A stretch of 64,000 nucleotides of DNA from an uncultured virus (IMG/VR IMGVR_UViG_3300032829_000001) (taxonomy: Duplodnaviria > Heunggongvirae > Uroviricota > Caudoviricetes): the IMG/VR virus record IMGVR_UViG_3300032829_000001. One strand, written 5' to 3'. The notes beneath the pieces are model-generated. The model was not told the DNA's origin. It searched no databases and worked only from the letters and a program-made list of their open reading frames with translations. Within the stretch, counting starts at the first letter, position 1, and every line of letters begins with the position of its first letter. The position numbers were made by a program, and so were the translations under genes. Below are positions 9,668-21,383 of this stretch, one piece after another.

Positions 9668-9946
9668 TCACTGATTTTGCTTACATTTGCAACGCTCGCG
9701 GCAGTGCCTGCGACAGCGGCCGTCCGAGCAGACAGCGGAACGAAAAGCGGTGCACTTCTGAGCTGTGTAGTCCTCCGTGTTAGTACATATCTCTGTACCG
9801 CCAGCACTCCTCACCAACAGCGCCTGCGCCTTCGCCGCACGCGCGTCGAGGTACTCGTGGCGACGGAGCCGGATATAGTCAGCAATCAGCAGCGTCCCTG
9901 CAGCAGCACCGGCTGCGGCGCCGACGAGCTGGAACAGGTCGCTCAC
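9668..9946 (-). CDS. Membrane-anchored Cys-rich protein, paralogue of 7744 gene
   Basis: DYIRL...RAAKAQALLVRS plus Cys-rich tail. Confidence 0.5.
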   Translation of the reverse strand: MSDLFQLVGAAAGAAAGTLLIADYIRLRRHEYLDARAAKAQALLVRSAGGTEICTNTEDYTAQKCTAFRSAVCSDGRCRRHCRERCKCKQNQ

Positions 9947-10650
9947 CCGTACACCTTCGACATCTTGGCCTCGACCTCCGCGAGCGCCGACTCGGTCACG
10001 CGGGCGTACTCCAGCGTCGTCGAGAGCTGCTTATGACCAACACGATCCTGCACGGCCTTGTCCGAGACGCCCGCGTCGAGCAGGTGCGTGATGATCGAGT
10101 GCCGCAGCACGTGCGGGTGTTGGCACGATTTGTCGACACGCGACTTCTTCAGCACGCCGGAGACGATCGTGTAGACCTCCTGGCGCGCGACGCCCCAGCG
10201 CACGCCCGTCCCGCCGCAGTGATGGCACTCGACCGTCGAGTCGCTGAACCGCCGCTTGCCCTGGCGCTTGAGCACGGGCCGCTGCCCGGAGCCGGCGCAG
10301 GTGTAGCAGCGCCCGGTCGTGATCCGGCTCGGGAAGAGGTACGGCTGCTGCTCGGGGCGCAGATCGAGTGCAGCGCGGGCCGCCAGCCACGCCGGCAGGG
10401 CCTCGCGGCAGAACGGCATCAGCATGTGCCAGGCGGGGGGCTTGCCGGCCTTTAGGTGCGCCGGCCGGGCGCGGCCGATGCGCATGTCGACGTCCTTCAT
10501 GAGCTGAAGGCCGGGCTCCGCGGTGCGGGCGCCGAACTCGTAGCACCAGGCGGTGAGCGCGAAGGCGAGGGGGCCGCCAGCTCGCGCGACGTCCATGATG
10601 GGCTTCATCTCGTGCGCCTGCAGAATGGCGAGGTGGGAGGTGGCGGGCAT
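9943..10650 (-). CDS. Tyrosine recombinase catalytic domain with CxxCxGxG zinc-finger insertion
   Basis: GARTAE (R), LK, YLFPS, HPHVLRHS (HxxR), VGH, TTLEYA (Tyr); CYTCAGSG and CHHCGGTG. Confidence 0.8.
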   Translation of the reverse strand: MPATSHLAILQAHEMKPIMDVARAGGPLAFALTAWCYEFGARTAEPGLQLMKDVDMRIGRARPAHLKAGKPPAWHMLMPFCREALPAWLAARAALDLRPEQQPYLFPSRITTGRCYTCAGSGQRPVLKRQGKRRFSDSTVECHHCGGTGVRWGVARQEVYTIVSGVLKKSRVDKSCQHPHVLRHSIITHLLDAGVSDKAVQDRVGHKQLSTTLEYARVTESALAEVEAKMSKVYG

Positions 10651-13600
10651 CAGCGCAGCGCCCCCTTCTCCAGCGCCGCCGCGGTCCCGGTTCGCACGTG
10701 GAAGTCGTTGTTGATGCGCAGGAGCAACCCGCGCTCGACCTTCTCGGCCTTCTCTGCCGTCATCGGACCCATCCGCCTGTCGACCTTGCCGGTGGCGGTC
10801 TCGACGATCTCGACGTAGTGGGCGAGGGGCTTCCGTGTGATGTCTGTGTGGCGGCTCCAGCCGACGTGGCCGCAAGAGGTGCACGCATACTCGTGGAACG
10901 TGCTGAGGCCGCGGATGCCTTTGTTGCCCCCGGTGTACGGCTTCGTCCGGCCGGTGCGGATCAAGTACGTGCCAGTGTAGCTGTCGTTGCGCCAGTCGCG
11001 GCCACGCTTGCACTTCGCGCAGCGCAGGGTCAGCGGCCAGCCGGTGCCGTTGTTGGAGCCCATCAGGGAGTGTTCCTTCCAAGAGCCAGCGCGATAAGCC
11101 CGCGTGCATTGCCGACGTGCCCTTCGGCGTCTTCCAGTCCGGGCAGCACGTCGTGGCCGTCGTAGGTGGTGACGCCATCACGAAACATCGTTGCCTGCAC
11201 CTCGGTGAGATCGCGCAGAATGCGCTCCAGGTCTTGACGCTGTTGTGGGGTGAGCGGCATCAGTTGTTCAGCTCCGGCGGACGTGCGAACTGTTCGACTG
11301 TGCCCGGTGTGATGGGGAGCGATTCGAGCCACGCCGCTTCCTCTGCAGTCGCTGTGATGTAGACGTTTCTCTCGGTGTACCGACAGAGCTGCCAGTGGAA
11401 CGTCGGGTAACGTTTCACCGCGATGATGCCGACGCGCTTGCCCGGTCCAACCGTCGCCGGGCTCACGCCGTAGACGGCCGGATACGGGACATCGAACCGC
11501 CTGAACTCCTGCATCCACGGAAACGCTGTACTCGGGCGCATCAGCCGAACAGCCCCGAGAAGATGTCGTTGCTGGTCATGCTGCCGTCGAGCAGCATCGT
11601 CCCGAAGATGAGCGCGATCGTATCTGTGGCGCTCAGCGGCTCCCCTGCGTGCTCCTGCTCCCTGAGACGATCGACCGCCTTCGCGACGCGGTGTTTGCGG
11701 AACGCGCGCACCCAGGCGTTGTAGTGCTGCAGCTCCGGAGTCAGTCTACCGGTCGTCGGCCGCGGCGGTTCCGGCCCAGGGTCTGGGAACTGTTCGGCCC
11801 AGGTCTTCTTGTCAGCCATCAGCCTTTCACTCCCGCCGCTAGCATGTCTTTGTTCTGCCGGTAGAAGGCATCCCAAGCGCTTAGGCCACTCTCCGTGGAC
11901 GTGTCTTTGCTGCGATCACCTTCAGATCGGCGTCGGTGACGCGATAGAGCTTCATGTCGTCCGTCGAGCCGAACAGCCACGTGCTGTTGTCGAAATACCG
12001 ATGGAACAGCCTCGACGGCACCGTCCCACCCATGATCGCTTGCAGGAGCACACAGCCGGGCTGGCGGAGCTTCACGTCGTAAGCGAGCGCGTAGGTTTCA
12101 GTCCCGGCCATCGCCGCCTCCATCGGTGTCGTCGCAGCAGCACGGCGGGGGCGGGCAGCTCACCCGAATCGGCTTCAGGAGCGCGCTGAGCAGGACGCCG
12201 AGCTGGATGAACAGGACGGCGATTTGGGCCAGCACGAGCCAGGCACGTTTGGTCATCGTCTGTTCCTCCTGTACTCGGCCAGCGTCGTCCGTGTCGGCTC
12301 TTTCTTCCGCCGCACGTAGAACTCCATGATCTCGTCCTCGGTGAGCGCGCTCTCGCCCGGCCCGGCGCGGTTGACGCACACGACGTCGGCGATCGTGCTG
12401 TAACCCATGCGGCTGCTGGAGCCGGTCTGGCGGGCGCGCTCGACCATGGCCTTGGCGTCTTCACGCGCACGTCGTGCCGCCTCTTCGACGAAGTAGTCGA
12501 TGATCTCCTGGGCCGTGCACGCGAACACGGTTGGAGCATCAACGATGGATGACCAGACGAGGAAGCGCTCTTCGCCGTTGTCGTCGACCTTGAAGACTGC
12601 CTCGCCCATCAGCTCAGCCTCGCCCGTACAGGTTTTGCGATCTGCTTCCGGCGCGGGGCCGGAACCTCCAACCCCGCGATCGTCTTCTCGATGATCCCGA
12701 GATCGCGGCGCGCGGCGTTCAGGACGTTCTCGATCGCCTCCCGCGGAGTGCGACCGTGCTCCGCCCACTTCCCTGCCGGCTGAAGCTCTTTCGGCCCGAG
12801 GAAGGCCATGTAGCCCGTGTCGTTGGGCAACGTGGGCAGATGCACGCTGATGCGTCCGCACGGCGAAACCACACGGGCGTGCCAGCCGAGGTTCTCCGTG
12901 ACCAGTGGCGTCCAGCCCACCCCGAGATCGCGCGCGGCCTCGTTGGCGACGTCGACAGCGTGCTTGTAGCGTTTGATCGAGCAGACCACTCGACCGCCAC
13001 CGCACGCAGGAGAGCAGTATGCATCGCCGTTCCGGACAGGCGTCCAGTCTCGCTTCGTCCACGTGGGCTTAGTCGTCATCGCCATCGTCGTCGTCCTCCT
13101 CGATCGGGTTGCCGTACCAGTCCTTCGGCCCTTCCTCGTCGATCGTCAGAACGACCATGACGAGGCAGAACAGGGCGAAGCCCAGCGCGACCCAGAATGT
13201 CATTCCCGGTCCCGCCCACGGATCTCTTCCATCACGCGCGCCAGCGCCTCCGCATCCGTTTCGCCCTCGCCCTTCACCGCACGCCCGGCGCGTGTGAAGA
13301 GCCAGAACGTCATCAGCTTGCCGCCCTGGCGGTAGTCGTTGTGCACGGCCACCATCCAGCCGGCGGCGCGGAGCTTGGCGAGCATCTCGAACGGGTCGGC
13401 GGCGGGCTTTGCGTCGGGCTCAGGCCCGAACGCCACCTCGATCACGTCACCGACCTCGGCGATCGCACCGGCGGCGACGTCCTGCCCGTTCACGCGCAGT
13501 CGGCCCGCGGCTGGAGACACGACTCGAAGAGCGGCAGTGGGTGGCAGCGTGGCGGGCTCGACGTACTCGCAGCGCTTGTTGGCGGTCCCGAAGTAGTAGA

Positions 13601-14543
13601 GCCAGTCGACGTCAGCGCTATAGCCCTGAACATGGTCGTGCTGGCTGCTCTTGTGCCCCGCCACCTTCGTGCAGCGTTCTCCAGGTTTCATCAGATCGCC
13701 TCCCCTCGCGCGTGGAGCCCGTAGGCCAGCACGAGCGCTTCTTCTTTTCGCATCGGCACACTCTTCCAGCCGCAGGCACAGACGGCGCGACTGTAGCCGT
13801 CGCGGTAGGCGTGCTCGCTGTTGAACAGGCTGCACTCCTCGAACGAGAGCATCCGATGTTCGATGGGTGCCTGCGCTTGAACGACGTGGTTCACCACGGC
13901 GTCGCGAACGGTGCCAGGGAGCAGCTTCATGACTGGCACGGCGGCATAGGGTTGTCGGGGGTGATCTTGATCCAGTCGGACATGGCGTTGGGTCGCCAGA
14001 ACAGCACGGAAGGGGCTCCGATCCTGAGCAGACCACCGGACGACCTCTCCATACCGCAGTGCCGACACACGCCTGCGACGTCAGCCTCATGCGACGAGTC
14101 CCACCCGTGGCGCGGACCGCGTTCGATTGCGCGCCTACGCGGCGCAACCAGTCCGGTTTCGACGACGCGCACGTTGCGGCGCCAATCGTCGCCGTCGAGG
14201 CAGCCGGGCATCTCGGAGATTGCCCACTCGACGTACCCGAGCACGCCTTCTTCAGTGGCCTCAGTAGCGCGCGGGATGTCCAGCGTCACTACCACTGTGA
14301 CCCTGTCGGTCACTTGACCGGCCTCCGCCCGAACATCGCCAGGAGCTTCTGTCCGCGGCGCACGCGTGAGTCCGTGGCGAAGTAGGTGTCGGGCATCGCG
14401 ATGCGAGCGACGCGCAGGAGACCAGCGACCGCCGCGACGACGCGCTTCTCGACCTCGGGATGAACGACAGTGCTGTGATGGGCGTCGAGGTCGACGCTCG
14501 GCCAGTCGTGAAGGCTCTTGACCGCCCCCGGTTTCTTCGGCAT
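10650..14543 (-). other. Cluster of about 12 short coupled hypothetical genes
   Basis: Chain of overlapping ORFs (e.g. 10650-11063, 11260-11541, 12253-12609, 12609-13085, 13927-14313) with no recognisable domains. Confidence 0.55.
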
Positions 14544-14560
14544 CGTGGGCTCAAGGTACT

Positions 14561-14670
14561 TCAACCTTATAGGGTTGACAAGATTATTTTTTAGCAATAG
14601 CTAAAACTGCTCAGGTGTTCAGTAGCGGCTGCGCTCGGCACCGTGATAGGGTTTTTCGTCTAGCGAAAAA
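14561..14670. promoter_or_regulatory. AT-rich divergent control region with three inverted repeats and TTGACA
   Basis: TCAACCTTATAGGGTTGA; TTTTAGC-AATA-GCTAAAA; TTTTTCG-TCTAG-CGAAAAA; lies at a strand switch. Confidence 0.6.
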
Positions 14671-14681
14671 GGAGCCCTGTC

Positions 14682-15662
14682 ATGTCGAACGTTCTCAAGA
14701 TGCCTGGGATCAAAGAGGTCCCGAAGGACACACCGCGTACCGACCGCAGCAGCATGGAAACGATGCTGCTCACACCCCAAGGCGTGGAGCGTTGGCGCAA
14801 ACCTCCCTTCCAGCGCGAGCTACGCGAAACGCCAAGGGTGGTCGCGTTGGCCGAAGAGATCAAGAAGGAGAGCGGGATCCTGCCTGGGATCATCACGCTC
14901 GGACAGCTCGGCGGCGAGCTGTATCTCGTCGACGGGCAGCATCGGCTACACGCCTTCAAGCTGTCGGGATTGTCAGAGGGCTTGGCTGATGTCCGCGTCC
15001 GGTACTTCAAGACGATGGCCGAGATGTCCGCGGAGTTCATCGAGCTGAACGGTGCACTCGTGCGCATGCGAACGGACGACATCACGCGAGCACAGGAGGA
15101 GCGCAACGAGCACATCGCGCAGCTTCGCAAGCGTTGCCCGTTCGTCGGCTACGACCACATTCGAAGTGCCGGCGGTAAGACCTTGCTGTCGATGGCAACA
15201 GCCATTCGAATCTGGTTCGGGTCAGCCGGCGAGACGCCGTCGACCGGCCCGGCTAGCTCCGACGCGATCAACATGCTCAACGCAGAAGAAGGCGACAAGC
15301 TGGCCCGGTTCCTTCAGATGTGTTTCGCTGCGTGGGGGCGCGACACTGAGCACTTCAGGCTATGGAGCGCGTTGAATCTGGGCATCCTGATGTGGCTCTG
15401 GCGACGAATTGTGCTCGGCACTAACCTTCCCCCATATCGAGGTGGAAGCCGCATTTTGTCGATCAAGGCCGACACGTTCGAGAAGTGCTGCATGGGACTC
15501 GCTGCCGACAGTCGCTATACGGAGTGGCTGATCGGGCGTGCACTGCGCGAGCGAGACCGTCCTCCGTGCTACAGCCGTATTCGAGAGATCTTCACGCGGC
15601 GGCTGGCTATCGAAGGTATCCGCGGACCACGCTTCCCTCACGAGGACTGGACTAAGTCATAG
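14682..15662 (+). CDS. DGQHR/ParB-like N-terminal domain protein
   Basis: FQR...PGIITLG...YLVDGQHRL; RBS AAGGAG. Confidence 0.7.
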   Translation: MSNVLKMPGIKEVPKDTPRTDRSSMETMLLTPQGVERWRKPPFQRELRETPRVVALAEEIKKESGILPGIITLGQLGGELYLVDGQHRLHAFKLSGLSEGLADVRVRYFKTMAEMSAEFIELNGALVRMRTDDITRAQEERNEHIAQLRKRCPFVGYDHIRSAGGKTLLSMATAIRIWFGSAGETPSTGPASSDAINMLNAEEGDKLARFLQMCFAAWGRDTEHFRLWSALNLGILMWLWRRIVLGTNLPPYRGGSRILSIKADTFEKCCMGLAADSRYTEWLIGRALRERDRPPCYSRIREIFTRRLAIEGIRGPRFPHEDWTKS

Positions 15663-15665
15663 CAG

Positions 15666-16100
15666 ATGACTACTCGCCAAAAGCGCAAGGACATCCGGGG
15701 CAGCTCGGTCATCACCGGGCTGCATCTCGAACGTGACGTGGCCCAACGCCTATGCGACCAGGCGCGAGAGGACGCCGCCGGCAACGTCGCTGAGCTGGCG
15801 CGCTATTACATCCGCATAGGGCTCGGGGCTACAGCCGCACAGGCGAATCGTCTTGGGGAGGGAAATCTTGCACTGAGTAGCGGGCTCGCAGGGCTCGGGC
15901 TCGACGCGTGGACGAGAGATCGACTAATTCAGGAGGTCGCCCGTCAAGGGATCGCTAAGGCGGCAATCGCCCGGCACCTGATTCGACGCGGGCTCGGGTT
16001 CTCGGAGAAGGAATCGAAGAGGCGCGAGGCCGGCTTTGCTGCGCTAGCGAACGCACGACACGGGCTCCATGACGTGTTCCGCGGGGCGAGCGAAGAATGA
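15666..16100 (+). CDS. Putative DNA-binding protein with two RHH-like repeats
   Basis: GLHL...VAELARYYIRIGLG and GLGL...KAAIARHLIRRGLG. Confidence 0.5.
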   Translation: MTTRQKRKDIRGSSVITGLHLERDVAQRLCDQAREDAAGNVAELARYYIRIGLGATAAQANRLGEGNLALSSGLAGLGLDAWTRDRLIQEVARQGIAKAAIARHLIRRGLGFSEKESKRREAGFAALANARHGLHDVFRGASEE

Positions 16101-16420
16101 CCGCCTGCCCCATCGGCCCACGCCTCCTCTCCAAGCCCCTCTTGCGCAAGCTCGAAGCGGCCGCGGCCGCGCGCGGAGTCTCTGCTGTCGCGCGCAGCCC
16201 CCGCGGCTTCCTGACCGCGCTCAAGACCGACACGCTCGACCCCTGGTGGTGCCGGCGCCGGGCGGCGTTCATCAAGCGCCACACGGCACAGGTCGCGCGC
16301 CGGCATGAGCCCCTGTGGAAGAACGGCGCGCCGACACGGCGTCACCTGGCGCTCGCGATGTGGGCGTACAGCCCGACGCCCAAGCGGCTCGCGGCATGGG
16401 CGCGGAAGGGCGCAAGGTGA
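16097..16420 (+). CDS. Basic hypothetical protein
   Basis: Coupled ORF; RRAAFIKRH...PTRRHLALAMWAYSP. Confidence 0.5.
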   Translation: MTACPIGPRLLSKPLLRKLEAAAAARGVSAVARSPRGFLTALKTDTLDPWWCRRRAAFIKRHTAQVARRHEPLWKNGAPTRRHLALAMWAYSPTPKRLAAWARKGAR

Positions 16421-16613
16421 CAGTGCAACAGCTAGTAGCTCGCGACGGCCACAAGCACTGCCCGATGGAGTGCGATCACCCACAGGCGTTCACAGCACCG
16501 GACGGCCGGCAGCTCTGTGGTTGCTGCTGGTTCGAGCACGACGTCGAGACCGAGATGGTTCTCTGCACGCCTCGGGCGTGCCCTGACCTTCCTGCGGACG
16601 CATTCGAGGCACG

Positions 16614-19600
16614 GTGAGCGCGGCCATCTACACCCGCAGGAACGCCATGGTCTTCGACGGGTACGGCGAGGACGTGAAGGTCGGCGACAGGATCACTGTC
16701 CTCACGCTGCGCCTCGCGGCTGACGGCACCCCGCGCAGTCTCGGCATAGCCCGCAGCGATATCCGGCGGGGCACGGTCATGGACGTAAACGTCACGAACG
16801 GCTGGAACCAGCGTGGCTTCGAATGGCAAACCGCTGACGGGTACGGAGAGCTTGGCTGGCTTGCGAGTGAGGGTGTCCGCTGGATCCGTGGCTGGCACAG
16901 CGAAAGATCGTCGACGGTCGATGCTCTGCTGGCTGCAGCACTTCTCGACAGGAGTGCCGCGTGAGCACCTACTGGGACGTCCGCTGCCTCGACTGCAACG
17001 AGGAGTCGGGCCTGCACCTCAACTGGGGCGCCGACACGTGCCGCGGGCTGGTCCAGTTCCGCGATGCGCTCGCTGCGCTGGCGGACAGCGTGCTGGTCGC
17101 GACCGACTACATCATGATCACCGTGCCAGGCGAAATCGGACGCGTCGACCCAAGCTTCTACAAGAAGCACGCGGGGCACGTGCTCGCGCCCGTCAGCGAA
17201 TACGGCGACATCGACGGCGACTGCAACGAGCTTCGATCGACGGGGCCACACACGACCGACGGCGCGCGCTGCCGGCTGCCGGAAAAGCACGAGGGGGACC
17301 ACGACTTCAAGCGTGTGACGCCGTGGTCGCCCGAGTGGGAGGCGGTCCGCAAAGCCGCGGCGGAGCGCCGCCGTGGCTAGAGCCGATCGTCGAAGCCTCC
17401 GGCCTCATCGCGGGGAGGCGGTGATAGTCATCGGGCTCGACGATCGGCCGATCGTCGCGATCGTGAGCAGCCTCGAAGACGCCCCCAAGGCTGGCTTCCG
17501 TTGGTCGCATCTCGGCAGCTCGGGAACGTGCCTCTTCGCAGACAAGGGTATCACCTGGATGTCGTGGGGGCCGCCCGGCGACTCTGAAGCCGTGCGCGCG
17601 CTCGAAGCGGCGTACAAGCTCGCGAGGTCGGCCGCGTGATCAAGCCCCACCAGCGCCCGGCGCCCGCCGGCAGCATCGGGCGCAACCCACAGTCGCGGGA
17701 CGCGCTAGTCGCGGCCGATCCACCGCCAGGCTTCTTTCTCGGCCAGCAGGTCACGATCGTGTCTGCAATCCGCGGCAAAAGCTTCAAGGCCGCGCACGCG
17801 AACGTCGTGGCGCTCGGCGGCAAGGCGTTCAAAGCTGAGAACACGGTGACACGGCTCGTGACTGCACACGACTACGCCGACGAGGGCGTGTCGTGGGTCC
17901 GGGGCTGGGTCGACGACACCGAGGCGCTCGTCGCGGCGCGGATGCTCGTCGGGAGCGTAGAGCCGTGAGCACGGCCACCCAGCTCGTGCTGCCCGATCCG
18001 CTCTGTGCTGAGCGTGCCGGCTGGCCTTACATCACGGTGGTGAGCGTGAGCGGCTACAGCCACGTCACGGAGGCCGCGAACCTGGCTGGCAGTACCTTTC
18101 GCTGGTACCTGAGCTGGGGCTACTCAGAATTTGCCGGGCTGTCCGAAGAGGGCGTCGTCTGGATCCGTGGCTGGCACGAACGTGAGTCGGACGAGGTTCG
18201 CGCGCTCCTCGCGGCGTGGAAGCTCTGGAGGTCGGCAGCGTGATCTCCGTCGGCGACAAGGTCACGGTCATTGGGTACACGAGTCGCACCTCTTTTGGCG
18301 AACCTCCTGTCTGTGTACTGGCCCGCGCCCACGTCGTCGACGTCGACGACAGCGAGTTCAACTGGATGGCGACACACTCAGAGATCGACAACACGACGTC
18401 GCTGAGCAGTGCCCGCCACGGCACGTGCGCCTTTGCCGAGCAGGGTGGCTGCTGGGTCGAGGGCTGGCCGGCGTTTGACAGCCCGGAGATCTCCGCGCTG
18501 CGCTCAGCGTGGCTGCTGGCGCCTGGTGCAGTTCCGCACGTCACGATGGACGATTGGAGCAGCGCTGATGTGGGCTGGTACGACGACGATCTCGACGACC
18601 GTGACCACCTTGGACGGGAGTTCAAGCCGTGAACAGCCCGGCGCTCGGGGCGAGGGTGACGATCGTCCGCTGGCGCACCGATACGCTCTGTCACGCTGAA
18701 GTCTGGGGGCACCAGTTCGCAGGATCGTTTCAGTGGAGTGATGGTAAGGCAGACGGATTCGTGGAGACCGACACCGAAGGCGTGCACTGGGCGCGCGGCT
18801 GGCTTCAGGACTGGACAGAGGAAGCCCGCGCACTGCTCGCTGCACACAAACTAGCAAGGAGCCAGGAGACATGACGACGACCGGAAGTCAGATCAAGCCA
18901 GGGGACGAAATCACAGGGCTGTCGCGCGGCGGGATGATCGGCCGCGGGGCGGTCCACACCGTGAGCAATGGCGAGTTCTTCGTGCAGCTCGTGCTGCAGG
19001 GCGGAGCGCGCTTCAACCACTACTTCAAGATGAGCGACGAAGGCATCACGTGGGTGCGCGGCTGGCACGACGACATGGAGGCGGTGAAGGCGCAACTCGC
19101 GGCGAAGAAGCTGGTCGACAGCGACGACGGCGACGAGTGAGCACAGTAGTCTGGGCCGTTAAGCAGGCTGTCACCTTCATCGCTGCCGGCGCGGTCTTGC
19201 ACGGGCAGGACCCACCGGAGGGGGGCACCGAGGGTATCGACTGGATCTGGGGAGACCACGAGCCTGGGTCAGACGAGGCTCAGGCTCTGCTCGCCGCGTG
19301 GCTACTGCGCGGTCCGAGGCCCCTCGATCTCGGACAAGCAGAACGGCTGTATGTGGCCGGGGTGCTGACGCTCGAAGAGTGGCAGCGAAACCTCGACCTG
19401 TGGGACGTCGAGTTCGCGGCTGGTAACGTGCGGTGACCCAGGCGCCGACAGACTCGTTCGCCGTCCCACTCATCGTGATCGTGCATCCGGGGCGAGCTGT
19501 CCGCGCAGTCGCACACGTGGAGGAGCTTAGGGGAACCAACTGCGACTTCGTCTGGTACTTTCGCCATAAGGGGCGTTTCGGCGGCAGGCGCCCCATCGAC

Positions 19601-21064
19601 GAAGAAGGTGTCACCTGGATGCGCAGCGATTCGCCCGTCAACAGCGAGGAGGCCGAGGCGCTGCGGGCAGCCGCGATGCTTTCAGGACTGCTCGCCCGGC
19701 ACGATGGTGTCGCGGCGTTCTTCTCGTTAGCCGATGCGCAGCCGCGGTACAACAACTGCCCACGGCACACGGAACGGTTCCGCCCGGTTCCTCGACGGGA
19801 CGTCACGCGGGTGGGGCGCAGACGATGAGCGACCGCGTGTGTGGCGGGGATCGCCCTGTGTGGCCGGGGCTCCAGATCATGTACGTGGACCCCGGATCAC
19901 GCGCGGTGTTCGCCGCCGAGATCGTCGCGTGCTTCTACAACCCCGACAGCATCGAGGGGGACTGGTTCAACTGCAAGACGGGATACTACAACCCGTTCGG
20001 CAGCGCGCTCCGCACGTGCGACGAGGGCACGACGTGGAGCCGAGACGCGAGTCCCGAAGGGCAGGCCGCGCTGCTCGCGGCATTCAAGTTGGAGCAGTCG
20101 GCCGCCTGATGGCCCTGCACCCGGCATCGGTGACGGACGGCGACAAGGTCACGGTCTTGTTCGGGACCGGGGCGGTACAACGGCCATACGTACGCAAGCT
20201 GACCGTCATCGGCCATCTGAAGTCGGGCGAGGTGCACGCGCGCCTAGGGCAGCATTCAATCGTGCTGGACTACGCAGAGTACGGCGTCACGTGGGCCAAA
20301 GGCTGGGACCGCGCAGACGATCTTCTCGCCGCATTCCTTCTTGACCTATCCGCCAGGTAGCTGGCATACTCCGCAGGCATGGCACTACGCCCTGCGATCA
20401 AGCGTGATTCCCCGCCCCTCGCCATCAGGCAGGTGCACAGCGACGTTCACCTGATCGCCCATGACGTCTTCATCCCGGTCCAGGAAGCCGACCGCGCGCA
20501 GACCGAAATGGCGCTGGCCCTCATCGGGAAGCTCCGCGATCGCGCGCTCCAGGCCATGAAGGACCAGGACGTCGACCTGGCCGACGCCGAAGAGGACAAG
20601 GTCGTCTTCGCCTTCGACTATCGGATCGAGAGCGGCCACGTCGTCGTGCAGGTGGATCAGGTCGCCGAGTGAGCGTCGCAGCCGGCGACAAGATCACCGC
20701 CTGGTTCGACGGCATTTTGACGTGCGGCACGGTGTGGGCGGTCAGCTTCAACGACGGCCTGCTGGGATGGTCTCCGATCGACGGTAGCCGGCGCCGCAAC
20801 GTGCGCCTCGACGAAGAGGGCGTCACCTGGATTCGCGGCTGGCACGTCGAAGGGTCCGAGGAGATCCAGGCGCTGCGCGCGGCGAAGAAGCTTTACGACT
20901 CGGCCGAGCGCGACACGTCGCCGACTGTGAGCGCCGGCAACGGCGGAGCCCAGGCCATCCCGATAGGGGCGCTGGTCGCGCTCACGGTGAGCAGTCGCTT
21001 CGTCGGCCAGATGACGGTCGAGCGCGCTGCCACCGTTCGCTGGCCAGACGTCGACCTGCCCTGA
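16614..21064 (+). repeat. Tandem array of 12 paralogous small genes sharing a C-terminal EGxxWxRG...ALLAA motif (plus 2 unrelated ORFs)
   Basis: Members 16614-16964, 17421-17639, 17636-17968, 17965-18243, 18240-18632, 18629-18874, 18871-19140, 19137-19436, 19433-19828, 19825-20109, 20109-20360, 20669-21064. Confidence 0.8.
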
Positions 21065-21101
21065 TTCGACACCCCTCGGCCGCCCGTAGTACCATCGGCT
21101 C

Positions 21102-21383
21102 ATGGCCGAAGTGTTCACCATCTCGGGTCCGCCCGAAGTCCAGCTCCTCGGGCCCGCCGCCGGCTCGGCGCCCTGCCCGAACGCCAAGACGCTCGCCATT
21201 GCCGGGGGCGTGAGCCGCATCGGTAGCCTCGGGCTTGGTGGGTACGGCGCCTACAAGATGTTCCAGAAGGGCTGGGCGCCCGGGGTCCTCTCGCTGGTCG
21301 GGGCGGCCGCGCTCTGGTTCAGCGGCAGCCGGCTGCTGACGGCCGCCCAGCTCGCCCGCGAGGCGTGCGGGAGCGGCAAGTGA
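21102..21383 (+). CDS. Two-TM membrane protein
   Basis: Two hydrophobic Gly-rich segments; TACCAT -10 just upstream of ATG. Confidence 0.55.
   Translation: MAEVFTISGPPEVQLLGPAAGSAPCPNAKTLAIAGGVSRIGSLGLGGYGAYKMFQKGWAPGVLSLVGAAALWFSGSRLLTAAQLAREACGSGK

Noticed and set aside
9943..10650. Prophage boundary at the recombinase
   Set aside because: Virus-like genes continue on both sides and no att repeat or host gene was seen
14682..15662. DNA phosphorothioation (dnd) system
   Set aside because: Only a DGQHR motif is present; no dndA/C/D/E-like genes in the window
16614..21064. CRISPR array, integron cassettes or DGR behind the repeated genes
   Set aside because: Conservation is at protein level with synonymous variation; no spacer-repeat pattern, no intergenic attC-like sites, no reverse transcriptase or TR/VR pair
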